The notes beneath the pieces were generated by a model, which saw nothing but the letters and a program-made list of their open reading frames with translations, did not search any database and was not told the DNA's origin. Position numbers and translations under genes: made by a program. DNA of 64,000 nucleotides, from the NCBI GenBank assembly GCA_016844945.1, contig JAERTJ010000111.1, positions 16,387 to 80,386 on the forward strand, in the 5' to 3' direction. Of this stretch, positions 25,299 through 33,653 are shown one piece after another (the first letter of the stretch is position 1; each line of letters starts with the position of its first letter). The stretch comes from Fidelibacterota bacterium. Its GTDB lineage: Bacteria > Fidelibacterota > UBA8477 > JABMPR01.

Positions 25299-28007
25299 AT
25301 GAACAAAACCGTATACTCGTTTGGTGGCGGCAAAGCTGAAGGCGATGCGACCCAGAGGAATCTACTTGGTGGAAAAGGTGCAAACCTGGCTGAAATGAGC
25401 GGCATTGGTATTCCTGTCCCCGCTGGATTCACAATCACAACTGAAGTTTGTACTGAGTACAACAAGGTTGGAAGAGAAGCCACAGTAGCAATGATCAAAG
25501 CTGAAGTTGAAGAAGCAGTCAAAAAGACTGAAGCAGTTATGGGCGCGGTATTTTGTGACCCTGTAAATCCATTATTGCTTTCAGTTCGTTCCGGTGCCCG
25601 CGTTTCCATGCCTGGTATGATGGACACAGTGTTGAATCTTGGTTTGAATGATACAGCCGTTTTGGCACTTGCCAAGAAATCAGGTAACGAGCGTTTTGCC
25701 TGGGATTCATACCGTCGTTTCGTTCAGATGTATGGCGATGTTGTTTTAGGTATGAAACCTGAATCCAAGGAAGATATCGACCCCTTTGAAGAAATCATGG
25801 AAGAGCTGAAAGAAGCTAAGGGTTACGAGCTCGATACAGAGTTTACTGTAGAAGATCTAAAGCAGTTAGTGGCAGATTTTAAAGCTGCCGTCACCAAAAG
25901 AACTGGGAATGTTTTTCCAGATGATCCATGGGATCAGCTCTGGGGTTCGGTGATGGCTGTTTTTGACTCATGGGAAACACCTCGTGCAGTTTATTATCGC
26001 ATGCTGAACAAGATTCCTGGCGATTGGGGAACTGCTGTGAATGTCCAGGCTATGGTTTTTGGAAACCTGGGTGACAATTCAGGTACGGGTGTTGCTTTTA
26101 CTCGTGATGCAGGAACAGGGGAAGACGTTTTCAATGGTGAGTACCTGATCAACGCACAGGGTGAAGATGTGGTTGCTGGTGTTCGTACACCTCAGCAGAT
26201 CACCAAGCTTGGTTCAGAACGTTGGGCTGTACTTGCTGGTGTCTCTGAAGAAGATCGCGCCAAAAACTTTCCTTCACTTGAAGAATTGATGCCTGAAATC
26301 TATACCGAGCTTGATTCCTATCAGACTCGACTCGAAGAACACTATAAAGACATGCAGGATATCGAGTTCACCATGCAAGACGGAAAACTCTGGATGCTTC
26401 AGACTCGTAGTGGAAAACGTACTGGTTTTGCCATGGTAAGAATTGCCATGGAGCAACTGGAAGCAGGCGAGATTGATGAAAAAGAAGCCCTGTTACGCCA
26501 GGAACCAAACAAACTTGATGAACTCCTGCACCCTGTGTTTGATAAAGTAGCCATGGATGCAGCTCGCGTACTGACCAAAGGTTTGCCCGCCTCCCCTGGT
26601 GCTGCAACGGGTCAGCTTGTTTTCCATGCTGATGAAGCTTCAAAATTTGAGAACTCGATTTTAGCCCGTATCGAGACTTCAACTGAAGATCTTGAAGGTA
26701 TGAACAGTGCCAATGGAATCCTGACTGCTCGTGGTGGAATGACATCACACGCTGCTGTTGTGGCTCGTGGAATGGGTAAGTGTTGTGTCTCCGGTGCAGG
26801 TGAGTTGAAGATCGATTACAAAGCTCGCACCCTGACCGTTGCTGGTGATACCTTTAAAGAAGGTGACTGGGTGTCATTGAATGGTTCAACTGGTGAAATT
26901 TATGAAGACAAGATCAAGACCATCGATCCTGAAGTAAGTGGTGATTTTGGAAAACTCATGGACCTGACAAACAAATTCACCAGAATGTATGTTCGCACCA
27001 ATGCTGACACACCGCGTGAAAGTAAGATCGCTCGTGATTTCGGTGCCAAAGGTATCGGTCTCTGTCGTACCGAGCACATGTTCTTCGAAGGCGACAAAAT
27101 TGTAGCCATGCGCGAAATGATTCTGGCTGAAGATAAAGCCGGTCGTGAAGCTGCCCTGGAACGTCTCCTGCCTATCCAGCAGAAAGATTTCGAAGGTATC
27201 TTTGAAGCCATGCAGGATCTACCTGTTACAGTTCGTCTACTGGATCCACCACTGCATGAGTTCGTACCCCACGATGAAAAAGGTCAGCAGGAAATGGCTG
27301 ACGTCATGGGTGTTGATATCAAAGTTATTTCAGAGAAAGTTGAAGACCTTGCTGAATTCAACCCAATGTTGGGTCACAGAGGGTGTCGCCTGGGTAACAC
27401 CTATCCAGAAATCACAGTGATGCAGACCAAAGCTATCATGGGTGCAGCACTTGCTCTGAAAGCTAAAGGTATTGTAGCCAAGCCTGAAATCATGATTCCT
27501 CTCACTGGTACGCTCGCTGAAATGGAGCTCCAGGAAAAGATCGTTCGTGAAACCATTGCAGCTCTCTTCGAAGAGAAGGGTGACACAGTGGATCACAAGG
27601 TTGGAACTATGATTGAAATTCCGCGTGCAGCTCTCACCGCTGATAAGATCGCAACCTCTGCTGAGTTCTTCTCCTTTGGTACCAACGATCTGACTCAAAT
27701 GACTTTTGGATATTCACGTGATGATGCTGGTAAATTCTTACCAGTCTATCTTGAAAAAGGTCTGTTGAAAAACGATCCTTTTGAAGTACTTGACCAGGAA
27801 GGTGTTGGCCAGTTGGTTGAAACTGCTTGTAGATTGGGTAAAGAGACCCGTCCCGACATCAAGCTTGGAATCTGTGGAGAACATGGTGGTGAACCAAGTT
27901 CTGTAGAGTTCTGCCATAGAGCCGGGTTGGAGTATGTAAGTTGTTCTCCATTCCGTGTTCCAATCGCAAGGTTAGCTGCTGCACAGGCTGCTGCTCGCGA
28001 ACTGTAG
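25299..28007 (+). CDS. ppdK: Pyruvate, phosphate dikinase
   Basis: About 900 aa. Has the N-terminal ATP-grasp (NLLGGKGANLAEM), the phospho-histidine motif GGMTSHAAVVARGMGK and the C-terminal PEP-utilising TIM barrel (GLCRTEHMF, SFGTNDLTQ, CGEHGG). The start at 25299 (MNKTVYSFGGG) is preferred over the ORF-track ATG at 25275 by comparison with typical PPDK N-termini. Confidence 0.95.
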   Translation: MNKTVYSFGGGKAEGDATQRNLLGGKGANLAEMSGIGIPVPAGFTITTEVCTEYNKVGREATVAMIKAEVEEAVKKTEAVMGAVFCDPVNPLLLSVRSGARVSMPGMMDTVLNLGLNDTAVLALAKKSGNERFAWDSYRRFVQMYGDVVLGMKPESKEDIDPFEEIMEELKEAKGYELDTEFTVEDLKQLVADFKAAVTKRTGNVFPDDPWDQLWGSVMAVFDSWETPRAVYYRMLNKIPGDWGTAVNVQAMVFGNLGDNSGTGVAFTRDAGTGEDVFNGEYLINAQGEDVVAGVRTPQQITKLGSERWAVLAGVSEEDRAKNFPSLEELMPEIYTELDSYQTRLEEHYKDMQDIEFTMQDGKLWMLQTRSGKRTGFAMVRIAMEQLEAGEIDEKEALLRQEPNKLDELLHPVFDKVAMDAARVLTKGLPASPGAATGQLVFHADEASKFENSILARIETSTEDLEGMNSANGILTARGGMTSHAAVVARGMGKCCVSGAGELKIDYKARTLTVAGDTFKEGDWVSLNGSTGEIYEDKIKTIDPEVSGDFGKLMDLTNKFTRMYVRTNADTPRESKIARDFGAKGIGLCRTEHMFFEGDKIVAMREMILAEDKAGREAALERLLPIQQKDFEGIFEAMQDLPVTVRLLDPPLHEFVPHDEKGQQEMADVMGVDIKVISEKVEDLAEFNPMLGHRGCRLGNTYPEITVMQTKAIMGAALALKAKGIVAKPEIMIPLTGTLAEMELQEKIVRETIAALFEEKGDTVDHKVGTMIEIPRAALTADKIATSAEFFSFGTNDLTQMTFGYSRDDAGKFLPVYLEKGLLKNDPFEVLDQEGVGQLVETACRLGKETRPDIKLGICGEHGGEPSSVEFCHRAGLEYVSCSPFRVPIARLAAAQAAAREL

Positions 28008-28030
28008 AACCATATTATATAGTACAATCA

Positions 28031-28069
28031 GACAGCCCTCTCGGGATTCCGAGGGGGCTGTTTTGTTTT
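28031..28069 (+). terminator. Rho-independent terminator of ppdK
   Basis: 12-bp stem CAGCCCTCTCGG / CCGAGGGGGCTG (one G-U pair), loop GATT, followed by TTTTGTTTT. Confidence 0.85.
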
Positions 28070-28513
28070 AATGCCAATTCGTATAAATATTTTCTCAGAT
28101 ATATGGTAAGGCTGCTTCGAAACCTGTATCAAAAGTAAACTTGCTGGAAGCCTATTTACCTGCAGTCTACTGATCGCTTTGAGCAGAGTGGAAACAAGGA
28201 TGATATCTAGAAAGATATAAATACTGCATTTATGTATGTGATATGTTCTTGACGGTCTTAGATAATTGCAGTAAAAAATACGCGCCATTGCCTTTGTTTA
28301 TAAGCCTTGATCGATGTGAATCGGGGTTTGAAATATGCCAAACGGGATTACTTTAGTGGAATGATTAAAGGGTTCCTGGCATTCCGTTTCAGTAGTGATT
28401 ATCCAATCATTAATTGATCAAGATACTTCCTCAGAGATTTATGGTGTAGCCGGTAAGGATGAAAAATTATAAATTCTTTTAGTATGATGATTTTCCCATA
28501 GAGTGGATGGTGT

Positions 28514-29752
28514 ATGAGGCTAGTAGAAAAACCTGAATTTGATTCACTAAAACAATGGAAGATATTTGAACACATTCCAGATGCGGAATTGAAGCAGATA
28601 TATGGAAAGATCGATTATTGTCATTACGACCATGAGGAATCGATCATCCATGAAGAAACTATTGGTGATCATATTTACATCCTGACTTCTGGAAAAGTCC
28701 GGATTGAGAAAAAAATTGGCGAAACCACCTCGGAAGTCCTCGGATTCTATGATGAAGTTGGTGGTCTCTTTGGTGAAATGGCTCTACTTGAAGATAAACC
28801 TCGCAGCGCAGGGATGATTGCAGATACGGATTGTGAAGTCATTGCAGTTTCCAAGGATGACTTTCTGGAGTTAGTGCATTCTGTTCCACAGTTTACCCTG
28901 GCTGTTGCCAAGAACATATCTCAGTTCCTCAGAGAAACTGATGAGCGCCTCATCAACAAATTAAAAAAAGAGAATGATGAGCTTCGTCATATGAATTATC
29001 TCCTGCAGGAAACTCAGGAAGAACTCATAGGGAAAGAAAGATTATCACTCATTGGACGTATGGCGTCTACTATTCTCCATGACATGAAAAACCCCATGTC
29101 AACCATAGGCGGTTATGCCCAACTCATCAAAATGAAAAAACATAGCGGTGAACAGTTGGCGAAATATGCTGATATCATCGCCAAGCAGGTCATTCAGTTT
29201 ACTACCATGACTCAGGATCTTCTATCCTTTGCTCAGGGCGGTGAGCAAATGCGACTCCGTTCAGTAGAGATGGCTGGTTATTTACAGGAATGCTGTGACT
29301 CCCTTATTTTGAAGTTTGAAGAACGCGGTCTCGGGTTCGAGCGAGATTTAAATTTTAAGGGAGAAGTTCGGATTGATAATGGCCGCTTCTTTCGAGTGCT
29401 GGAAAATATTTCTAATAACGCTCTGGATATCCTTGGTAGCGAAGGTTGCTTCACCATTCACAGTATGGAGGTTGAAACTGGAGTTCGCATTATTCTGGAG
29501 GATGATGGTCCCGGGATGTCTGATGATGTGATAGAGAATGCATTCAAAGAATTTTATACTTTTGGAAAACGTAAAGGAACGGGTCTTGGGTTGGCAATCG
29601 TGAAACGCATTGTCGATGAACACGATGGCATCATCAGCATTGAGTCTGAGGAAGGTGTAGGCACAAAATTTATTATCGATCTCCCTGCCGTGGGTTACAA
29701 CCTACTACCTAAAAGCAAACACCAGATTCCCATACCCTTCGAGAATAGTTAA
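28514..29752 (+). CDS. Cyclic-nucleotide-binding-domain sensor histidine kinase (CAP_ED - coiled coil - HisKA - HATPase_c)
   Basis: 412 aa. FGEMALLEDKPRSAGMIA cassette; H-box SLIGRMASTILHDMKNPM; N box (ENISNNALD); G boxes (DDGPGM, GTGLGLAIV). Confidence 0.85.
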   Translation: MRLVEKPEFDSLKQWKIFEHIPDAELKQIYGKIDYCHYDHEESIIHEETIGDHIYILTSGKVRIEKKIGETTSEVLGFYDEVGGLFGEMALLEDKPRSAGMIADTDCEVIAVSKDDFLELVHSVPQFTLAVAKNISQFLRETDERLINKLKKENDELRHMNYLLQETQEELIGKERLSLIGRMASTILHDMKNPMSTIGGYAQLIKMKKHSGEQLAKYADIIAKQVIQFTTMTQDLLSFAQGGEQMRLRSVEMAGYLQECCDSLILKFEERGLGFERDLNFKGEVRIDNGRFFRVLENISNNALDILGSEGCFTIHSMEVETGVRIILEDDGPGMSDDVIENAFKEFYTFGKRKGTGLGLAIVKRIVDEHDGIISIESEEGVGTKFIIDLPAVGYNLLPKSKHQIPIPFENS

Positions 29753-29768
29753 TGGAATAACCTTTTTT

Positions 29769-30956
29769 ATGCGCATTCTCGACCCTCCTCCCATTGCTCT
29801 GCTGGAACAACTCGATCCCTTTCAAGGGGTACATCCTGAGGAACTCAAAAAAATTAGCAACCTCATGCAACGTCAGAGCTATGAACCTGGTGAAACCCTC
29901 ATCAAGGAAGGTACCGTTGCCACACAATTCTTTGTGCTCATTAAAGGGCAACTGGATGTTGTAAAATCCATTGAAGGGGATGAATTTGAAGTTTTGAACT
30001 TCATTGAACACTCCGGAGAACTTTTTGGAGAAATGGCGCTGGTTGAGGACAAAGTACGTAGTGCAGGGATTGTCGCTCGGGAAGAGTCCGAAGTTCTGGT
30101 TGTGGAGAAGGAAGGCTTCCTGGAGCTGGTCAATCATTTTCCTCAATTCACGCTGGAAGTTGCCCGGAGTATTTCAAATTATCTCAGGCGAACAGATTCA
30201 ACACTCATCGGTACCCTGGAAGCCAAAAATCGAGAACTCAGTAGCACCATCGAGGAGCTTCAGGAAACCCGACAGGCACTGGTTCAGAATGAACGCCTCT
30301 CAATTATAGGTCGAATGGCATCAACCATTCTCCATGATCTGAAAAATCCAATGACAACAATCGCCGGATTTGCACAACTCATAGGCTTGAAAGAGATGCC
30401 CTATGAGGAAGTTGTGAAATATACAAAGGTAATTTCGCAACAAGTCATGCAGTTCAATACTCTGGCTCAGGAACTGTTAGCTTTCGCCAGAGGGAGTTCA
30501 GAACTGAAACTGGAAGTCATGGAATTCCCCAAATGCATTCAGGATACATTGATGAATGTTCAGTTTAACCTGGTTCAACAGAAAATGAATTTAGTAACAG
30601 ACTTACAATGTAAGGTCAGAGTAAATTTAGACCCAAACCGCTTTCACCGTGTGGTTGAGAACCTTGCCAATAATGCCATTGAAGCCATGGAAGAGGGGGG
30701 CGTTCTTAAAGTATTTAGTAAAGTTCAGGACGATCGACTTATCCTCAGTATAAAAGATGATGGTCATGGAATGGCACCTGAAGTCGTGGAAAAGGTCTTT
30801 GACGAATTTTTCACACACAAGAAGCATAGTGGAACAGGTCTTGGTCTGGCTATCGTGAAAAGCATTGTATCTGACCATGAAGGGTCGATCAGTGTTGACA
30901 GTGTTGTGGATCAGGGTACAACCTTTACCATCAACCTCCCTGTCATTCAGGATTGA
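29769..30956 (+). CDS. Cyclic-nucleotide-binding-domain sensor histidine kinase, paralogue of the upstream gene
   Basis: 395 aa with the same architecture. FGEMALVEDKVRSAGIVA; H-box SIIGRMASTILHDLKNPM; ENLANNAIE; DDGHGM; GTGLGLAIV. Roughly half of the positions in the kinase core look identical to the upstream paralogue (by eye). Confidence 0.85.
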   Translation: MRILDPPPIALLEQLDPFQGVHPEELKKISNLMQRQSYEPGETLIKEGTVATQFFVLIKGQLDVVKSIEGDEFEVLNFIEHSGELFGEMALVEDKVRSAGIVAREESEVLVVEKEGFLELVNHFPQFTLEVARSISNYLRRTDSTLIGTLEAKNRELSSTIEELQETRQALVQNERLSIIGRMASTILHDLKNPMTTIAGFAQLIGLKEMPYEEVVKYTKVISQQVMQFNTLAQELLAFARGSSELKLEVMEFPKCIQDTLMNVQFNLVQQKMNLVTDLQCKVRVNLDPNRFHRVVENLANNAIEAMEEGGVLKVFSKVQDDRLILSIKDDGHGMAPEVVEKVFDEFFTHKKHSGTGLGLAIVKSIVSDHEGSISVDSVVDQGTTFTINLPVIQD

Positions 30957-30964
30957 TCTAATAA

Positions 30965-31741
30965 TTACTCGGGTCGCGGTCGTGTAAAAACCCAGTTTGA
31001 TACACTGGAATCACCACTCGAAAATCGATAATCAGCTAAATTAAATTGCTTAAGCTCCTCGGGATCTTCCATATGATTCTGAATGATATAATCAGCCATC
31101 ATTCCTCGCGCCCACTTGGCAAAAATAGCAATAATTTTTGCCTTCCCATCGTCTACTTCTTTAAAATCGATTGAGATTACAGGTGCCTTTATAGCCTTGA
31201 AATCAACTACACGAGAATACTCTTTAGAAGCCAGATTGATCAGGGCAGGATTTGGATCCTTTTTAAGGTCCTTCGTTAATGCTTTTGTAATCCGATTTCC
31301 CCAGAACTGATACAAATCCCTCCCACGATCAGTCTCCAGGCGGGTCTTCATTTCCAGGCGATAGGGTTGGATCAAATCCAGTGGCTTGAGGACACCATAT
31401 AATCCAGACAAAATCCTTAGGTTCCCCTGGGCAAACCTTAGGGTTTCAGTATCATACGTATTGGGACGCATATGACGATAAACATCACCAGTAAAAGCGT
31501 ACAATGCCTGCTTGGAGTTTTCCAGGTCAAACCGGGACCTAAAGGATTTGTAACGAGCGATATTTAGATCCGCAAGCTTCTCACTAATTGACATCAGCTC
31601 AATAATTTCATCCTTCTTGAAACGCTTGAGAATTCTTACGAGCTGTTTGCTTTGGCTGAGAAAATCAGGTGTCGTGTATTCCTCTGTTGGAGCATTCTGA
31701 TCGAAGTTGACACTTTTTGCAGGGGATAGAATAGTGATCAT
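30965..31741 (-). CDS. yaaA: Peroxide stress protein YaaA (DUF328/UPF0246)
   Basis: 258 aa. MITILSPAKS N-terminus and ILSGLYGVLKPLDLIQPYRLEM core, typical of YaaA. Confidence 0.88.
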   Translation of the reverse strand: MITILSPAKSVNFDQNAPTEEYTTPDFLSQSKQLVRILKRFKKDEIIELMSISEKLADLNIARYKSFRSRFDLENSKQALYAFTGDVYRHMRPNTYDTETLRFAQGNLRILSGLYGVLKPLDLIQPYRLEMKTRLETDRGRDLYQFWGNRITKALTKDLKKDPNPALINLASKEYSRVVDFKAIKAPVISIDFKEVDDGKAKIIAIFAKWARGMMADYIIQNHMEDPEELKQFNLADYRFSSGDSSVSNWVFTRPRPE

Positions 31742-31954
31742 GTAAGGTCCTGTACTTATGTAAGATGAGATTTCATACTCAATTATTTATGGCTCAAAAT
31801 AATTGAAAAGAACGGGAGAGGATAGTATATAGTACACTCATTTGATTCAGGACCCTTTTACTTCCCCTGCCTTGAACTTGCTTGAAAGAAAAAATCATTG
31901 AAACCTTTCAGTTCATCTGGCATAAAAGGATTACCAAAAAATATGGAGAACTAG

Positions 31955-33388
31955 ATGAAAAATAATATACTACGAATCACCCCCTTATTACTCCTCCTTG
32001 TGTTAATTCCGGCACAACTATCTGCCTCAGATATCAGTGTCGCAAAATCGCTAAGTAATGCGTTTGCAGATATCTCAGAACGAGTATCGCCCTCAGTAGT
32101 CACCATTACCAGTGAGCAGGTGTATAAGCATCCTGCCATGGGTCAATTCAAGGGATATCAGGATATGTTTCCCAAACAGCTGTGGCCCTTCCTGCCTGAC
32201 GGTGAGCGTGAGATGAAAAGTACCTCTCTGGGTTCAGGAATTATCATCAGCAAAGATGGTTACATTCTCACCAATAATCATGTCATCGAAAAAGGGGAGA
32301 ACATTAAGGTTCAACTCTCTGATAATAAAGAATACGATGCCGAGATTGTAGGTACTGACCCGAAAACAGATGTTGCCCTCATCAAAATAGATGCAAGTAA
32401 ATTGCGACCCATCAAGATGGGGGATTCAGATAAAATTCGTGTAGGTGAATGGGTTCTCGCGATTGGAAGCCCTTTTTCAGGGAGCCTGTCTCAGACAGTG
32501 ACGCAAGGCATCATAAGTGCCAAGGGTCGCTCAGATGTTGGCCTGAACCAGTATGAAGATTTTATCCAGACAGATGCCGCAATCAATCCTGGTAATTCTG
32601 GAGGGGCCCTAGTGAATCTTGACGGTAAACTCATTGGGATGAACTCCGCCATTGCATCCCGTTCAGGAGGATACCAGGGTATCGGTTTTGCCATTCCTAT
32701 CAATTTGGTAAACCGTATTGTGGAAGATTTACGCTCAAAGGGTCGGGTCACCCGCGCGTGGCTGGGTGTATATGTACAGCCAGTAGATGCTGCCATGGCA
32801 AAAACACTGGGTATGGACAATGCCATGGGCGCTCTTGTTCAACAAGTTGTTGATGGGAGTCCAGCCGATGATGCAAAATTGAAGCAATTAGATGTCATCA
32901 TCGAGTTCGACGGGCACCCTGTTGAGAATTCAGGTCAATTGCCTATCCTGGTTTCAACCCAGCGTCCCGGTGAAAAAAAGAAATTAAAAATCTTAAGGGA
33001 TGGCAAAGAAAAAACGATCTCAGTCAAATTGGGTGAATTGCCTGAGGAAGTGGCTGCTGCTGGACCGCTGGAACCACAAAAATCAGATGTGGGCTTTACA
33101 GTAGAAACCGCCACCAATGATCGCTTACGCTACTACAAGCTGGCACCCGGTCTTGATGGTGTTCTGGTAACAAATATTGATCGGGATAGTGATGCATTTA
33201 AGAAAAATGTCCGAGTGGGTCAGCTGATTCAGAAAATGGGTCCCAATGTACGTAACCTTGAGAATGTAAGTACCAAGAGTGAATTTGAGAAAAATCTCAG
33301 AGCTTATGAAGCAGGGGATACTATTCTGCTCCTGGTGAGACGTGACAACAACAACACATTCTTCGTGGCGCTTAGTATCACAGATTAA
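31955..33388 (+). CDS. htrA: Periplasmic serine endoprotease, HtrA/DegP/DegQ family (protease + 2 PDZ)
   Basis: 477 aa. Signal peptide and catalytic triad context (TNNHV, D in TDVALIKI, GNSGGALV), then two PDZ-like regions. Confidence 0.92.
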   Translation: MKNNILRITPLLLLLVLIPAQLSASDISVAKSLSNAFADISERVSPSVVTITSEQVYKHPAMGQFKGYQDMFPKQLWPFLPDGEREMKSTSLGSGIIISKDGYILTNNHVIEKGENIKVQLSDNKEYDAEIVGTDPKTDVALIKIDASKLRPIKMGDSDKIRVGEWVLAIGSPFSGSLSQTVTQGIISAKGRSDVGLNQYEDFIQTDAAINPGNSGGALVNLDGKLIGMNSAIASRSGGYQGIGFAIPINLVNRIVEDLRSKGRVTRAWLGVYVQPVDAAMAKTLGMDNAMGALVQQVVDGSPADDAKLKQLDVIIEFDGHPVENSGQLPILVSTQRPGEKKKLKILRDGKEKTISVKLGELPEEVAAAGPLEPQKSDVGFTVETATNDRLRYYKLAPGLDGVLVTNIDRDSDAFKKNVRVGQLIQKMGPNVRNLENVSTKSEFEKNLRAYEAGDTILLLVRRDNNNTFFVALSITD

Positions 33389-33414
33389 ATTTGCATATTC
33401 TTCCGTGCTAACAT

Positions 33415-33457
33415 GACCCCAATCTCAAGTAAAATGAGTTGGGGTCTTTCGCATTTT
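33415..33457 (+). terminator. Rho-independent terminator of htrA
   Basis: GACCCCAATCTCA / TGAGTTGGGGTC stem with one bulged T, followed by a TTTCGCATTTT tail. Confidence 0.65.
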
Positions 33458-33653
33458 ATACAGGCTCTGATTTTGTTGGAATCATGAGTATGGAGTGCTT
33501 TCCTGTTGTTCAAAAGCATTCATAAAGTCTCTCTCTGATTGATGGGGATAACATTGACATGGCGAAAGGGTCGCGACTATATTGCGCGGCTTTAAACGGC
33601 TTGGTGTTACGTAAGAATTGGAATGGGAAAATAATACAGGAAACAAACGACTC

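Noticed and set aside
25271-27698. Several 60-134-aa ORFs antisense to or out of frame within ppdK (e.g. 25271-25675, 26368-26748, 27330-27698)
   Set aside because: They lie wholly inside a strongly supported 900-aa gene. They have low-complexity Ser/Thr/Pro/Arg-rich translations and no RBS. These are typical shadow ORFs. The same reasoning applies to antisense ORFs in the PMM gene (53360-53818), the large lipoprotein gene (46265-46642) and the coiled-coil gene (61425-61871).
28028-28288. 86-aa minus-strand ORF in the long ppdK/kinase intergenic gap
   Set aside because: It overlaps the ppdK terminator hairpin. It has an odd composition (Ile/Tyr/Lys/Arg-rich, driven by AT-rich DNA) and no RBS or recognisable motif.
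28377-28391. Sigma-54-like element TGGCAT-N5-TTCA upstream of the first cNMP kinase
   Set aside because: The -12 element lacks the conserved GC (TTGC). A single GG at -24 is not enough to call a sigma-54 promoter.
31874-31905. Sigma-E-type promoter (GAACTT) upstream of htrA
   Set aside because: The -35-like GAACTT is present, but no convincing TCTGA/TCAAA-type -10 lies at the 16-17-nt spacing. It is also uncertain whether this lineage uses an RpoE-like consensus.
33458-33653. T-box or other leader upstream of ileS
   Set aside because: There is no T-box core (AGGGUGGNACCGCG-type) or specifier-loop arrangement. Only a short GTCGCGAC palindrome is visible. I treat the region as ordinary promoter/UTR.
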